Of a stretch of 64,000 nt of DNA, positions 36,628 through 50,339 are shown in pieces. Each line of letters begins with the position of its first letter. The stretch's first letter is position 1. Made by a program: the position numbers and the translations under genes. The stretch lies in the NCBI RefSeq assembly GCF_009914755.1, contig NC_060926.1; one strand, 5' to 3'. Origin of the DNA: the human T2T-CHM13v2.0 reference genome, Homo sapiens. The notes beneath the pieces were generated by a model. That model was given only the letters and a program-made list of their open reading frames with translations. It was not told the DNA's origin and searched no databases.

Positions 36628-38362
36628 GCTACCTTCAGTGCTATGACAGTATTATTAAGGACAGGAGGTGGGCAAGAATTCCCACTATCAACATTACACC
36701 AGATGTAGCTAAAGAACAGATCAAGACTTAAAAAGACAAATTACAGTGTTGGAAAGGGAAAACCACATTTGCAACATGTATGTACTGAGAAGATCCAAGG
36801 AAACAAACCTAAAAATGTGGTAATCAGACAAATATAAATGAACACACAAGAATCGAATACTTTCCTGTAAATCAGGATTGCCCAATTAGAAAATGGGAAC
36901 GACAAATATGACATGCATTCAGCAACCCAAAACATAAAAAATTGAAGTACAAACTTTATAAGAAATATGCAAGATGTGTAACAAGAAAATTAAAAATTAT
37001 AAAACACAAATGAATATCATTAAAAGAGACCTAAATAAATAAATATCATGTGTCTGAATGGAAAATTCAGTATTTAAAGATGTAAACTCTCTTCCTATGA
37101 ACTTACAGAACATCTCAACAAAATCTCTATTGGATTTTTAATGGAAATCCAAATGGAAGAGAAAATGCGCAAGAATAACCAAGCAAACATTTGACATAAA
37201 AGATCAACAAATAGTAAAAGGTATACCATTAAGCCAATGACTTATTGAAAACTTATGGTACATGCACAGGGCTCAACCAACAGATTAACTCAACAGAATA
37301 GTAAATTTTACAGTAAACTTAAGGATTTGTGGTAATTTATACCTGTATCTGTGTTTCTCAAATCCATGGGGAAATATAGCATTCTCATAAGCAGTGTTGG
37401 AAAAATTGACTACACATTTGGAAAAATGAAATGAGATATCTAACTCTTGCTCTGCAATAAATAAATCAGCTGCATTAAACAGCCACATTTTTAAAAACAT
37501 AAGCATTAGGAGAAAATTTAAGACAATATATAAAACTATTTTGGGGGGAGCGTATATAATCCAGACACTTTTTATAAAACATTTATAGATAATTTGACCA
37601 AAAACTAAAAATAACTTCTAGAAGAGAAAAATACCACTAATAAATTAAATGACAAATAACCAACTTTTGGAAAACAATATTCAGGAAGTTAGGGGCTACT
37701 TACTATCCATCTTTCTATATAAAGAGCTTCTAAAAGTCAGTAAAGAAAATGAAAATAATTTAAAAGAAAAATGGGCAAAGGATGCCAGTGGAGAATTCAC
37801 AGATTCAGAATCTGTGTGTGAAAAGATGCTCAACTTCAAAGGGAATGTAAATTTTAGCCATAATACTGTATTTTGTTTTGTCTCTCTGGTTTGCAAAAAT
37901 GAAAAAGACTGATAATACCCACTGCTGGCAAGCATGTGGAGAAACAGGCCTTCTCATCTGCGGTGTGAGAGAGGGCAGCTTGGTGAACATCAAGCTTCTT
38001 GAATACAAGTTGCCAATCTGTTCAACTGTAAAATGCACATACTCTTGAAGAAATTTTACTTCTAGGGCTTTAGACTTAAATTAAAAAAAATCTTGTTATA
38101 TGCACATTAGGATGTCTACATGAGATGTTAAGGAGGCTCATTCTAGACTTTTTTATAAAGAGAAAATTTGAAGCAGTATCAACGTACATCTACTCTGGAG
38201 TGCGGTGCAGCCATTACGCAGAATGAGGTAGACCATGCGGCTGACAAGAAAAGAGTATTTCCAAAATGGTGGTGCGTAAAGCAAAGAAAAGTATATGTAG
38301 TATGGTTCTGATGTTTAACTTGTAAAGATGACATTTACAATGATGCATGTTTATACAAGTAG

Positions 38363-38364
<2 letters not shown>

Positions 38365-38394
<30 letters not shown>
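38365..38394. repeat. (GT)n microsatellite
   Basis: Directly visible. Confidence 0.97.
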
Positions 38395-38397
<3 letters not shown>

Positions 38398-38879
38398 CAC
38401 AGAAAAGTGCCTGGGAGTGGCATCCTCCCGGCTGACAGTGGTGAGTCCAGATGCGGGCAGGGGGAGCCGCTGCTGATGCGCGAGTTGTCTGAAGCCCTTC
38501 GGGGAGAATGCATCTGCTCAGGCTGCTGCGAGCTTGCCTAAGTGAACTTTCCAGAGCTTCAGTCCCAGAGCCGTTGTCATTGCAGAAGTTCTTCTTGCGG
38601 TTAGAGTTCCAAATGCTCACATTATTAAGCCACCATCCTCAGTCCATTGGCCTTGGTCTCTAACCCATCATCTTGGAAAGCCCTCAACCCAGCAGCCGGG
38701 AGTTCAGCTCTAGGAATGGAGAGGATGGGGCACGGAGGGAAATCCCCTATCAGAATGAGGCAGAGCTCTGGCAGCACAATGGTAACTCACTGATGTTGGA
38801 CCCTCATTTTCACTGGGAAAGACCCCAGAGGGTGGGGAATTCAGATGCTGCAGGTCTCCCAGCTCTGTATCTTTTAGTA

Positions 38880-39025
38880 GGGAAAGTCATTAATATGTGT
38901 AATCTGTTCAACCGTGTTGTAGTAATTATGTCTCCAGCCAGTACCCAATGTGACAAGATTAGCAGAGAGCACGGTTATTCATCAGTGAGTTGTCACAGCC
39001 TAATTGTCCTTTAAATGCATCAGAA
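38880..39025. promoter_or_regulatory. Homeodomain/TALE motif cluster, candidate enhancer
   Basis: cattaat, taatct, gtaatta, tgaca, agatta, tgtca, ctaattg in unique DNA. Confidence 0.4.
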
Positions 39026-39269
39026 TGCAGTGGAGTTGAAGAATGCGGGGAGAGATCTCCGTAGCTTCCCTGAGAACCAGCACAGGTAGACGCTGACAAA
39101 ATGAAATACAGTTTCCGAGCAAACAGTGGATCCCAAATAAGGGTGTATCAGCACACATTGCCCTTCCCAGTTTTGCTGTGTTCTTCCTTGCACCCCTGAC
39201 ATCTACTTAATATTCACAGGGGCTGTCATCAATGAGGGCTACCCCTATACCAGACAGCTTAGGAACAGC

Positions 39270-39420
39270 ATCTTTGAGCTGTGCAGTAACTGTGAAGTGG
39301 CTACTGCATGATGCCCATTTTACAGATGAGGAAACCGAGGGTCACAGGAGTTAGGTGAACATCCAAGATTCTGTGGCAAATAATTAGAAAAACTGAGAAT
39401 GAAACTCAGTCTAAAGCTCT
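39270..39420 (-). mobile_element. MIR
   Basis: cccattttacagatgaggaaaccgagggtcacaggagttagg. Confidence 0.8.
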
Positions 39421-40009
39421 CTCTCTCTCTGTGTGTCTCTCTGTGTATGTGTGTGTGCTGGAGAAGTTGCTGAACATGCCCCGTGTCTGGAATTCTCTCC
39501 AGCTTATGCGTGTTTGCTGTCAGAACTCTTGAGAGAGGCTACCCTTGACTACTGCAGCCCAAAGGAATTACCTCTACTGCCTTAATTCTCCCAGTTGATT
39601 AGAATTCACTCCCGCACCCAGCCTCCCATTGGTTTGCTGACACATGGGTTCAAAGCGGCCTTCAAGCTAGTGGGGACAGAAGGCACAGTGCTGTCCCTTG
39701 GAATGGTAGTCCCAGCTGGAGCCCTGCACCCGCTCCCCTCCAAGCCGTCTGATGCATGCTGGCTTCACAACCAGCCTTTGAGAGAGCCTCATCTGCATGA
39801 CGGTTGTCCTGGCTTCTTTTATTTGAAGCCAAAATCTTCCTGGAATCTTTTGATCCTTTACCTGAGCTGGGGGTCACTGCTTGCGGAAATGAATCTCAAA
39901 TTTATCTTCCTGAACTAGAGAAATTGGTAACTTCTTGCTAAACTTTCTCCCTCCTTGAGTAAATGGGTTAGGGAGTTGTTGGGGTCCCCTCTCAATATTA
40001 AGGGAGCTG

Positions 40010-40309
40010 GGCTGGGCGCAGCAGCTCACACCTGTAATCTCAGCACTTTGGCAGCCTGAGGCAGGCTGATCACCTGAGGTCAGGAGTTCTGGAGACCAGC
40101 CTGACCAACATGGTGAAACCCCGTCTCTACTAAAAATACAAAATCAGCCAGGTGTGGTGGTGGGCGCCTGTAATCCCAGCTACTTGGGAGGCTGAGGCAG
40201 GAGAAACGCTTGAACTCAGGAGGCAGAGGTTGCAGTGAGCTGAGATCCCCATTGCACTCCAGCCTGGGCGACAAGAGTGAGACTCCATCTCAAAAAAGAA
40301 AAAAAAAAA
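40010..40309 (+). mobile_element. Alu (AluSq-like)
   Basis: Full dimer, gggcgacaagagtgagact; degenerate TSD aata(t/g)taaggg. Confidence 0.95.
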
Positions 40310-42080
40310 TAGTAAGGGGGCTTCCTGGAAGGAAGGTTTATGAGCTAAAACTGACTGACTTTGTGATTTCAATGACACAAGTACACAGAATCAACCAGCT
40401 CCCCAGCCCTCCTGGTTGTGTGGTTTTCACCACGTGACTTTTGCAGCTCCCCAAACTGAGTAGGCAGAGTCGGTTCTCCCACGTGGCTCTGAATTGAACC
40501 CTCTTGGCTTCTTTGGTCAGTGGACACAGTAGAGGCCTGAGAAAGCCTGAGCTGGTTAGTTTCCTTGTCCTGCTGCTGCCACCTCTGCCTGTGCACATGC
40601 CTGGGAGGGTGCCTGGCTGCCTAGGGGCAGTGATTACTCCAGCCAGGCCACTAAGTCCACCTAGAGCCAGCCCTGGGCCGGGGCCCATGCCCCGCCTGAC
40701 TACTCCACACACCCCAGGAAGAAATGCCTGCTGAGGGCTTGGTAATTGTTAGGCAGTATGATTCTGGAAATCACTGATTCATCAGCTTTCAAGGGCATTT
40801 GCTTGGAGGTCAAGAGTTGAACTTGAGCTCCAGCTTTTTTTTGGCTACTGACCTCTGGTCATGCCATCGCGGCCTCAGGACTCTGAGTTCCGTCCTCTGG
40901 GAGGCATCCCAGGGTGGGCCTAGAGGAGTTCATCAGCAGCTCTCAAGAGCAGGCTTTGTCGCTTGTGAGAAGGGAATCACAACCGTGAGAGTGGACCCAA
41001 GAGGGGAAGGTTCCCTCACCCCCCAGAACCCAAATCGCAATGTTAAAATACATCATCTGGCTTTTAAGTCTTTATTTCTTTATTCTTTTTTCTCAAATTG
41101 CATTGATTTGGTAAAAATGAAGCCTGTTCATGACAAGAAATGGAAATAATGCAGAAAGAGAGAGAGGGAAAAAATATACATGTTTTGAACTAACCTGGAT
41201 TCAGCTGCTCTCCAATAACCACCCCTGCCCCAGGGGCCCTCACCTCAGCCATATAGACTACAAAAGGGTGCAAGCAGGGCTGAACAAAGAAATTCCCTTC
41301 AATAAAAAGGGGATTTGTGATACCTCCTATTTTCAATATAAAAGTATTTTATTACATTTTACTTCAATTTAAGAGAAGAAAATGAAGTGGTATTTAAATG
41401 AAAAGAATTGCTGATCTTCAAATAAATGTTGCTTTGCCACAAAAGATATTATTTTGTAAAAGAGCCCCTGCAAGGCTAACAAGATATGAAAAACACGAAG
41501 AAGTTGGAGCCTTCATGTTTTTAACTCACGTCTCAATTTCAGAAGGTCTTAATTATACTCGATTATAAAAGATGAGGAAATCAGCATTCTTAAACTTTCT
41601 CTTACTACTTCTCTTGATTTTTCTTGGTGATATATATAATACTGACTTTTCCAAGGTTAGGAGCATTTGCATTCTATTTTGTAACAATTATTCCCACTGG
41701 TTTTATCTTTTTTCTATATTTAAGTGGATTTGATACTCATGAGTCTTTTTTTATAACAGCTTTTACTCTCCTGGCAGGGTTTTTATTTTACTTTTTTTGT
41801 TTGCTTGGCTGCATTTCATCCCCAAGTCATTCTCCCTCTCCCCTCTCCCCTCTAAAGGTCCCGTAGACGTATTCCCGAGTTCCCGCCAGCCGTGACAGTC
41901 TGCCACCTATATAATCAAGGGGAAACTTGGCTGAGTAAACAGTTTTTTTTTCTTTTTCTTAGAACTTTTAAATCCACACTCCACTGTCCTTTTTTTTTCC
42001 TGCATTTTAAAAATGTTTTTCTTTATTGTGGTGAGACATGCATAACATAAAATGTAGGGTTTTAACCATTTGTCCCCTAG

Positions 42081-42539
<459 letters not shown>

Positions 42540-45050
42540 TGAGTAAGACTTTCTGGCCCTCTGAATTTTCCCTCAATGTCATTGCTATTGCCCTCCGTCA
42601 CTGCTCCAGAGCGGTGGGAGACGAAAGCACTGAGCCCAGGTGATCCACCCCTGCCCAGTCATTTCTTGGCCTGGCTTGACTAGCTGAATGCTTGAAGCAC
42701 TCTTTGCTTATCCTTCCTGTTCATTACGTTAACCAGGAAACTTCCCATGGCCGTGGTTCTGTATTAACATTTTCTGAACAGCGTGCTCCTTTTGGATTGC
42801 TTTCAGTTCCTGTGTCTTTGTTAATGAAAATAATCGTGTATTTGCAAAGACATCCTGTCGCCTTCTGTGGGGTTTCCATGTTAGGGACATGTGTGTGTCA
42901 GGTCACGGCTCCCCGGGTCTGTTCTGCATTTCTGTTGTCCTTTCTCTGACTGCTGTCCTCTCTGGGTCCTTTCTCAGGCATTCACCGCCGCCATCTCCAT
43001 CTCAAGCCTGTCTGCCTCTGTGTCAGGAACTCACTGGACATTTTGTCCCCTGTTGTTTTTGTTAATCTACTAGTTCTGTTAGGAATGTTGCTTTAGCACT
43101 CGATGTTTCTAAAGGTTCTCTTTTAAAGCTGTTCTCTCAATTTTAGTCTCATTCACGTTTCTATCCAGCCTTCCTCTGGAGTGAGGGACTCACAGAGTCA
43201 CACTCTTCTCCAGGCCTTTGTGTGCCATGCGCCCCCCTCCTTTGCGTATTTTCCCTGGAATATGCGTGTCTCATCCCTGCGCAGTTGCTGTATCTCTCTC
43301 TCACCCTTAACTTCCCTTGCTCAAATATCATTGGGTGAATTTTCCTTGACAGCCTCCCTGCCCCGTTTGACATGATTGCCTTCCTCCGGGGCTCAGTTCC
43401 AGGCCTGCCTATTGTGTTTTATGCATCGGTGTTCTCCTTCCGTCTTGGAAGGAGTGGGAAGGAGAACATCCTCGGGATATCCAGTGGGAGGCCCTCAACC
43501 TGCTGGAGCCCAGATTTCTTCCTGTCTCTCCCAGAGCCAGAGGAAGCCAGCTGGGCTTCCTTCCTGTCTCTCAGGTTGATCTTTCTATTTTCCAGGGTGG
43601 CCCATTTACCTTGTAGTCACCACATTTGGGGGCATTGAGAGAATGCTTAGAACTTTTTTTTTTTAACCTCCTTTGCCAGCTTGACCTCTGGTTGGTGGAG
43701 AAGAGTAAGCGCCATGCTGAGCTAGAATACTCTGATTTTTTTAACTTGGCCTCCTTGTCTGCAGCTCTAGGATGCAGTCCCTTTTCCCTTGCTTGGAGGC
43801 AGTTGGGAAGGTTTTTGCTGACTTTTGTCCTCATCTGTTGGAGAGAAGATTTGTGATCCAGCGTCACTCTCCTCGTATCATTATCCCATTTCATTTAACA
43901 TCAAAGCCCTCACTAGTCAGAACTGGGCCGCACGCGTGTATATTTAGAAGTGCCTGACATCCTTCCAGGGCTGCATTCTCCTGCATTATCATATCAATTG
44001 GAGCCCTGCTCCTGTGCAGGTGAGGTGGGGCTGGGGGTTATCTTGCAAGATCAGAGACATAAGAACTTTATTTTGTGCTATATATAAAATCTCAGTTAGG
44101 AAATTAAATTCTGCACGGGGGAAAGATGTCAAGGTTGCTTTGATCACATGGAAAAGCAGCAGAGGCGCAGCAAGAGAGAGATAACCAAAGGAGGAAGCTT
44201 GCAGGCGCCTCCTCCCAGGCCAGCTGCAGGATGTGGGCAGGAGAGTCTGGGCTCTCAGTCCCGGTGGAGACAGGCCCTGTGTGCAGTGAGTGCTGCAGGA
44301 GATGGTCTGCTTACAAGCATGTGCTTCCTGTCATCAGTGCAAGCTGTTAAGTGTGAGAAAAAATGACCGGCAGTGAAGCAGAAACTCACTAAAAGTATTA
44401 ATAGCCGGTGGCTGTCACCACTTGCTTGCTGTCCTTTACACCAACACTCCCCTAGCCCTCTCCCAAATGCCCAGGCTCATTTACTCCACTATGCAGGACC
44501 CCACAGGATGCTGCGGTGTGTTCCGCTTCTCCTCTGGTCTGAACTGTACCTGCACACAGGGCAAGTCCCAAGGGAACCAGAAGCCACCTGGAACAGGAAG
44601 CAAATAATAGCACCATCACCACCACCAGGATAGCTGACATCAATTACTGATTGTCTACTAGGAGTCAAGAACTGTGTTATTGTTTTACAGACATTATTTC
44701 CTATAAGTTGATCTCATAGTACAGATACAGAAATGGAAGAAAAAAAGATGTTAGGCTATGTATACACATCATATGGCTAGAAAATGCCAGAGAACTTTTT
44801 CCTAAGTTTGTTTCTGAAATGCAACATATATTAACTTTTTCCATCTCTTCACCTGACCCCCAAAGATAAAAAGACCTAGAAATCAATCCCACAGTCAGTC
44901 TGGGTGGAGTCCGTTTCCCTGTGACGGGAAAGCATATTAACGGGAAAGCATATTAAAGCTGAGGTCCTGCAATTCAACCCACATCCCTGACCCTCGGCCC
45001 TGGAGACTCTGGGGGGCAGTGAGCTGTGCACCCCAAAGAGACAGAGCTCC

Positions 45051-45615
<565 letters not shown>

Positions 45616-46666
45616 ACTTCACATTGGCCTCTTGTCTGTCCTCACCCGGCAGCTTTCCCAGTGTCGAGGACCCCTCTGAAAACTTTTTTTCGGAACTGGC
45701 TGTTTAGGTTTCATATATACCCTGCTAGTGCCAGAAGATTTTAACCATCTCCGGGGCTGTGCCTTGTGTCGATTATGCATGACCATGGATAATCCAACAG
45801 CTCTGTGCCCCGGTAGGAGCTCCCTGGAAGAGTGTTGGCTGATGGTGTGACAGCAACTGTAACTCTGCATAAAAGTTGCAGGGGCTCCTTGCCTACGGAG
45901 GACGCATGGATGCCCCATCCTGTGGGCTGTGGGGAGAGAAGAGCAGGGACAGGAGAACTAGCATGTCCCACGGGACCACCTGCCAGGCAGTGGCGGTGGA
46001 CGTGTTTTCTGAGACAAGCCTCACTCCCGTGGTTAAATAGGGGCTATCTACATTTTCAGAAACTCATAGACGTGAGGAGGTGCACCTGCCCGAGGTTCTA
46101 AAACTATGGAGCTGAAGACCTGAGATCCAAAGTCCAGCCTGCCTGATGTCATTCTTTGAGGCTCGAAAACAAAGTGAGTCATCTCTGAAATCAAATTACT
46201 TGAATTTGAGCAAATCTTATATATTAAAACTTGTGGCAATCACTGCATGATTTATTATAGGACTAGTAAATGAACCACAGCAACACCAAAAATAGAGATG
46301 AAAAAAGGGGCAAAAGAGTCATGCAGAAGATGGTTGGATACATTGAGATCTGGCATTGAGCTCCAATTATGCTGAACTGACAGCTGGGAGGTGTCCAGGC
46401 TGTCAGATGTGTTCTCTCCCACTCTCTATTGTACAGCTGGGGCCCATGTGTGACACTTAGCAGGAGGCCCTTTTTCCAGTCCCTTCACAGAGATGGAATG
46501 ACGCTGTCAGGAGGGCTGGGCAGCTGCTAGCACTGGATGGAGAGAGAAACGAGGAGAAACTTCCAGTTTATGGTGTGTGGGTGTGGTGTGGATGGGGCAG
46601 GTGCAGACCAATCTTTCTGAAAAACACTTGGTGATACATACGAAGAGCTTTAAAAAACTATCTTTT

Positions 46667-46973
46667 GGCCAGGTGCGGTGGCTCATGCTTATAGTCCCAG
46701 CACTTGGAAGGCTGAGGCTAGCAGATCACCTGAGGACAGGAGTTCAAGACCACCCTGGCCAACATCATGAAACCCCGTCCCTACTAAAAAAATACAAAAA
46801 TTAGCCGGGCATGGTGGCACGCGCCTGTAATCCCAGCTACTCAGGAGGCTGAGGCAGGGAGAATTGCTCCAACCTGGGAGACAGAAGTTGCAGCGAGCCG
46901 AGATCGCGCCACTGCACTCCAGCCTGGGCAACAGAGTGAGACTCCATCTTAAAACAAAAACAAAAACAAAAAA
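46667..46973 (+). mobile_element. Alu (AluSx/Sq-like) with (CAAAAA)n tail
   Basis: Full dimer inside an L1ME 3' remnant (about 46560-47240). Confidence 0.95.
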
Positions 46974-47249
46974 CAGCTGCCTTTTGATTGAGTAATTACT
47001 TTGGTAGGAATTTATCCTTAAGCTGTAATGAGGAATATGGATATTACATAAAGGAGTTTCTTGAAGCAGTATGAAGAATAGAAAAAGAATGGAAACAAAC
47101 AGCCTGCCCATTGTTCAGGGATGGCGAGACACAACCACAAGTAGTGGATGATGCAGACATAAAAATGATGTGCATAAGGAATTTTTAATTTTGGGAAAAT
47201 GCTTATAATATGCTGTGAAGTGAAAAAAAGAGGAGGACATGCAATTGAG

Positions 47250-47505
47250 TCACCTTCTCAGCAAAGCTTTCCCCCACCTCCCAGGCAAAGACATAGTCCC
47301 TTGCTCTTCTCTGTTAGTGCATATCACAATTGCAATTAATTCTACTGAATTAATTATGTGCACAAGCATCCATCTCAAATCTGTCTTGCATTAGAACGAA
47401 CGCCTCAGGAGGATAGCCATCAAGTCTACTGTGTTCAGCGATTAATCCCCAGGACCAAGAACAGCACCTGGCACACGGAAGTCACTCAATAAACATATGA
47501 GGCAA
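47250..47505 (+). mobile_element. L2 3' fragment
   Basis: caccttctcagcaaagctttccc...gaacagcacctggcacacggaagtcactcaataaacat. Confidence 0.7.
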
Positions 47506-48055
47506 TAACATGGACCCAGGCAATATGCGGCTCTTTGTGCCTGGCTTCTTGCATTTAGCATAGTGCTTTCATGGTTCACCCATGTCATGTATCGGTACCT
47601 CCCTTCTCATTGCTAGATAATATTCCATTGCATGGAGATACCACATTTTGTAAAATCCATTCACTTGTTGATGGGCATTTGGGTTGCTTCCACTTTTTGG
47701 CTAGGATGAATAACGCTGCTATGAATATTTGTGTGTAAGTTTTTTGTGTGGACGTATGTTTTCATTTCTCTTGGACATATACCTAGGAGTAGAATTGCTG
47801 GGTCATATCACAACTCTCTGTTTAACTGAAGAATTGACAAACTGTTTTTAAAAGTGGTGTCACCATGTTGCATTTTCACCAGCAGTGAATGAGGGTTCAG
47901 ATTTATCCACATCCACACCAGCACTTGTTCGTCTTTTTGACTTTAGCCATCCTAGTGAGTGCAAAGTGGTATCTCACTGTGCTTTTGATTTGTATTTCCA
48001 CGATGAGTAATGATGCAGGACCTCTTTTCATGTGATTGTTGACAATTTGCATATC

Positions 48056-48802
<747 letters not shown>

Positions 48803-50339
48803 TCATTTGCATATCTTCTTTAGAGAACTATCTACTGGAATATAGTTCCCATTTTTAATGGGATTATTTGTCTTTTTAATGTAGAGTTGTAATAATTCTT
48901 TATATAGCCTGCATACAAGTTACTTATCAGATATATGGTTTGCAGATATTTTCTCCCATTCTATAGGCTGTCTTTTGTCTTTTTAATGATGGCCTTTGAA
49001 GCTCAAAAACATTTAATTTTGATAAAATGCAATTTATTTATTTATTTATTTATTTATTTATTGCTTGTGCTATTGGTGTTTTATCTAGGAACCAATGCTT
49101 AACACAAGGTAAGCAATATTTACTCCTGTGCTTTCTCCTAGAGAGTTTGTTAGTTTCTGCTCTTACATTTAGGCCTATGATCCATTTTAAGGTAATTTTT
49201 ATATATGGTGTGACGATATCCAGTTGTCCGAACACTATTTGCTGAGGAGACTATTCTTTCCCACTGAATGATCTTGGTACTCTTGGCAAAAATCAATTGA
49301 CTTTAAAGTTGTGGGTTTATTTCTGGACTTGTAATTATATTCCATTACTCTGCCTGTTCATCTTTATGCCAGTACATTGTCCTGAGTAGTGTAGTTCTGT
49401 TGAAAAATATGAGTCATCCAACTTTGTTCTAGCTCAAAATGGTTTTGGTTATTATGGGTCCCTTGCATTTTCATATAAATTTTAGGACCAGCTTGTTTAT
49501 TTTTGCAAATAGTGAATTGGGAATTTGACAGAGATTGTATTGAATCTGAAAATCAATTTGGAGAAAATTGCTATCTTAATAATATTATCTTCCAATTCAT
49601 GAACATGGGAGTCTTTCCATTTATTTAGATTTTCTTTAATTTCTATTATAATATTTTGTAGTTTTGATGTACACATCTTATATTGAACTGTGTTCTTAAG
49701 TATTTTATTCTTTTTGATATTATTATTAATGTGATTATTTTATTTTCATATTGTTCAATACTAGTGTATAGAAATACGACTGATTATTTTAAGTTTATTT
49801 TGTAGCTTGCCCTATGGCTAAACTCATTTATTAGTTTTAATACATTTTTTTTTGTGTGCACGTGGTTACCTTAGGCTTCCCATATAAAAGATCACATCAT
49901 CTGCAAATAGAAGACCTTTTACTTTCTTTCCAATCTGTATGACTTTTTTTTTTCTCTTGTCTTGGCTAGAAGCTACAGTACAATGCTGAATAGAATTAAT
50001 AAAAGACATCTTTGTCTTGTTTCTAATCTTAGGGGTAAAGTATCCAGTGTTTTACCATTAAGTGTAATATTAGCTGTAGGTTTTTCTTTCTTTCTTTTTT
50101 TTTTACCATCGTGGCATTTTTTTGCTTTCTTCAACCTTTATTTTAAGTTCAGGGGTACATGTGCAGGATGTGCAGGTTTGTTACACAGGTAAATTTCTGC
50201 CATGGCGGTTTGCTGCACAGATCATCCTATCATCTAGCTATTTTTCCTGATGCACTCCCTCCCCTGACCCTTTCCCGCCATCTGACAGGCCCCAGTGTGT
50301 GTTGTTCCTCTCAATGTGTCCATGTACTCTCATCATTCA

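Noticed and set aside
41860-41915. E2F-like ttcccgcc plus tatataa
   Set aside because: Short motifs in decayed repeat-like DNA with no island or other promoter support
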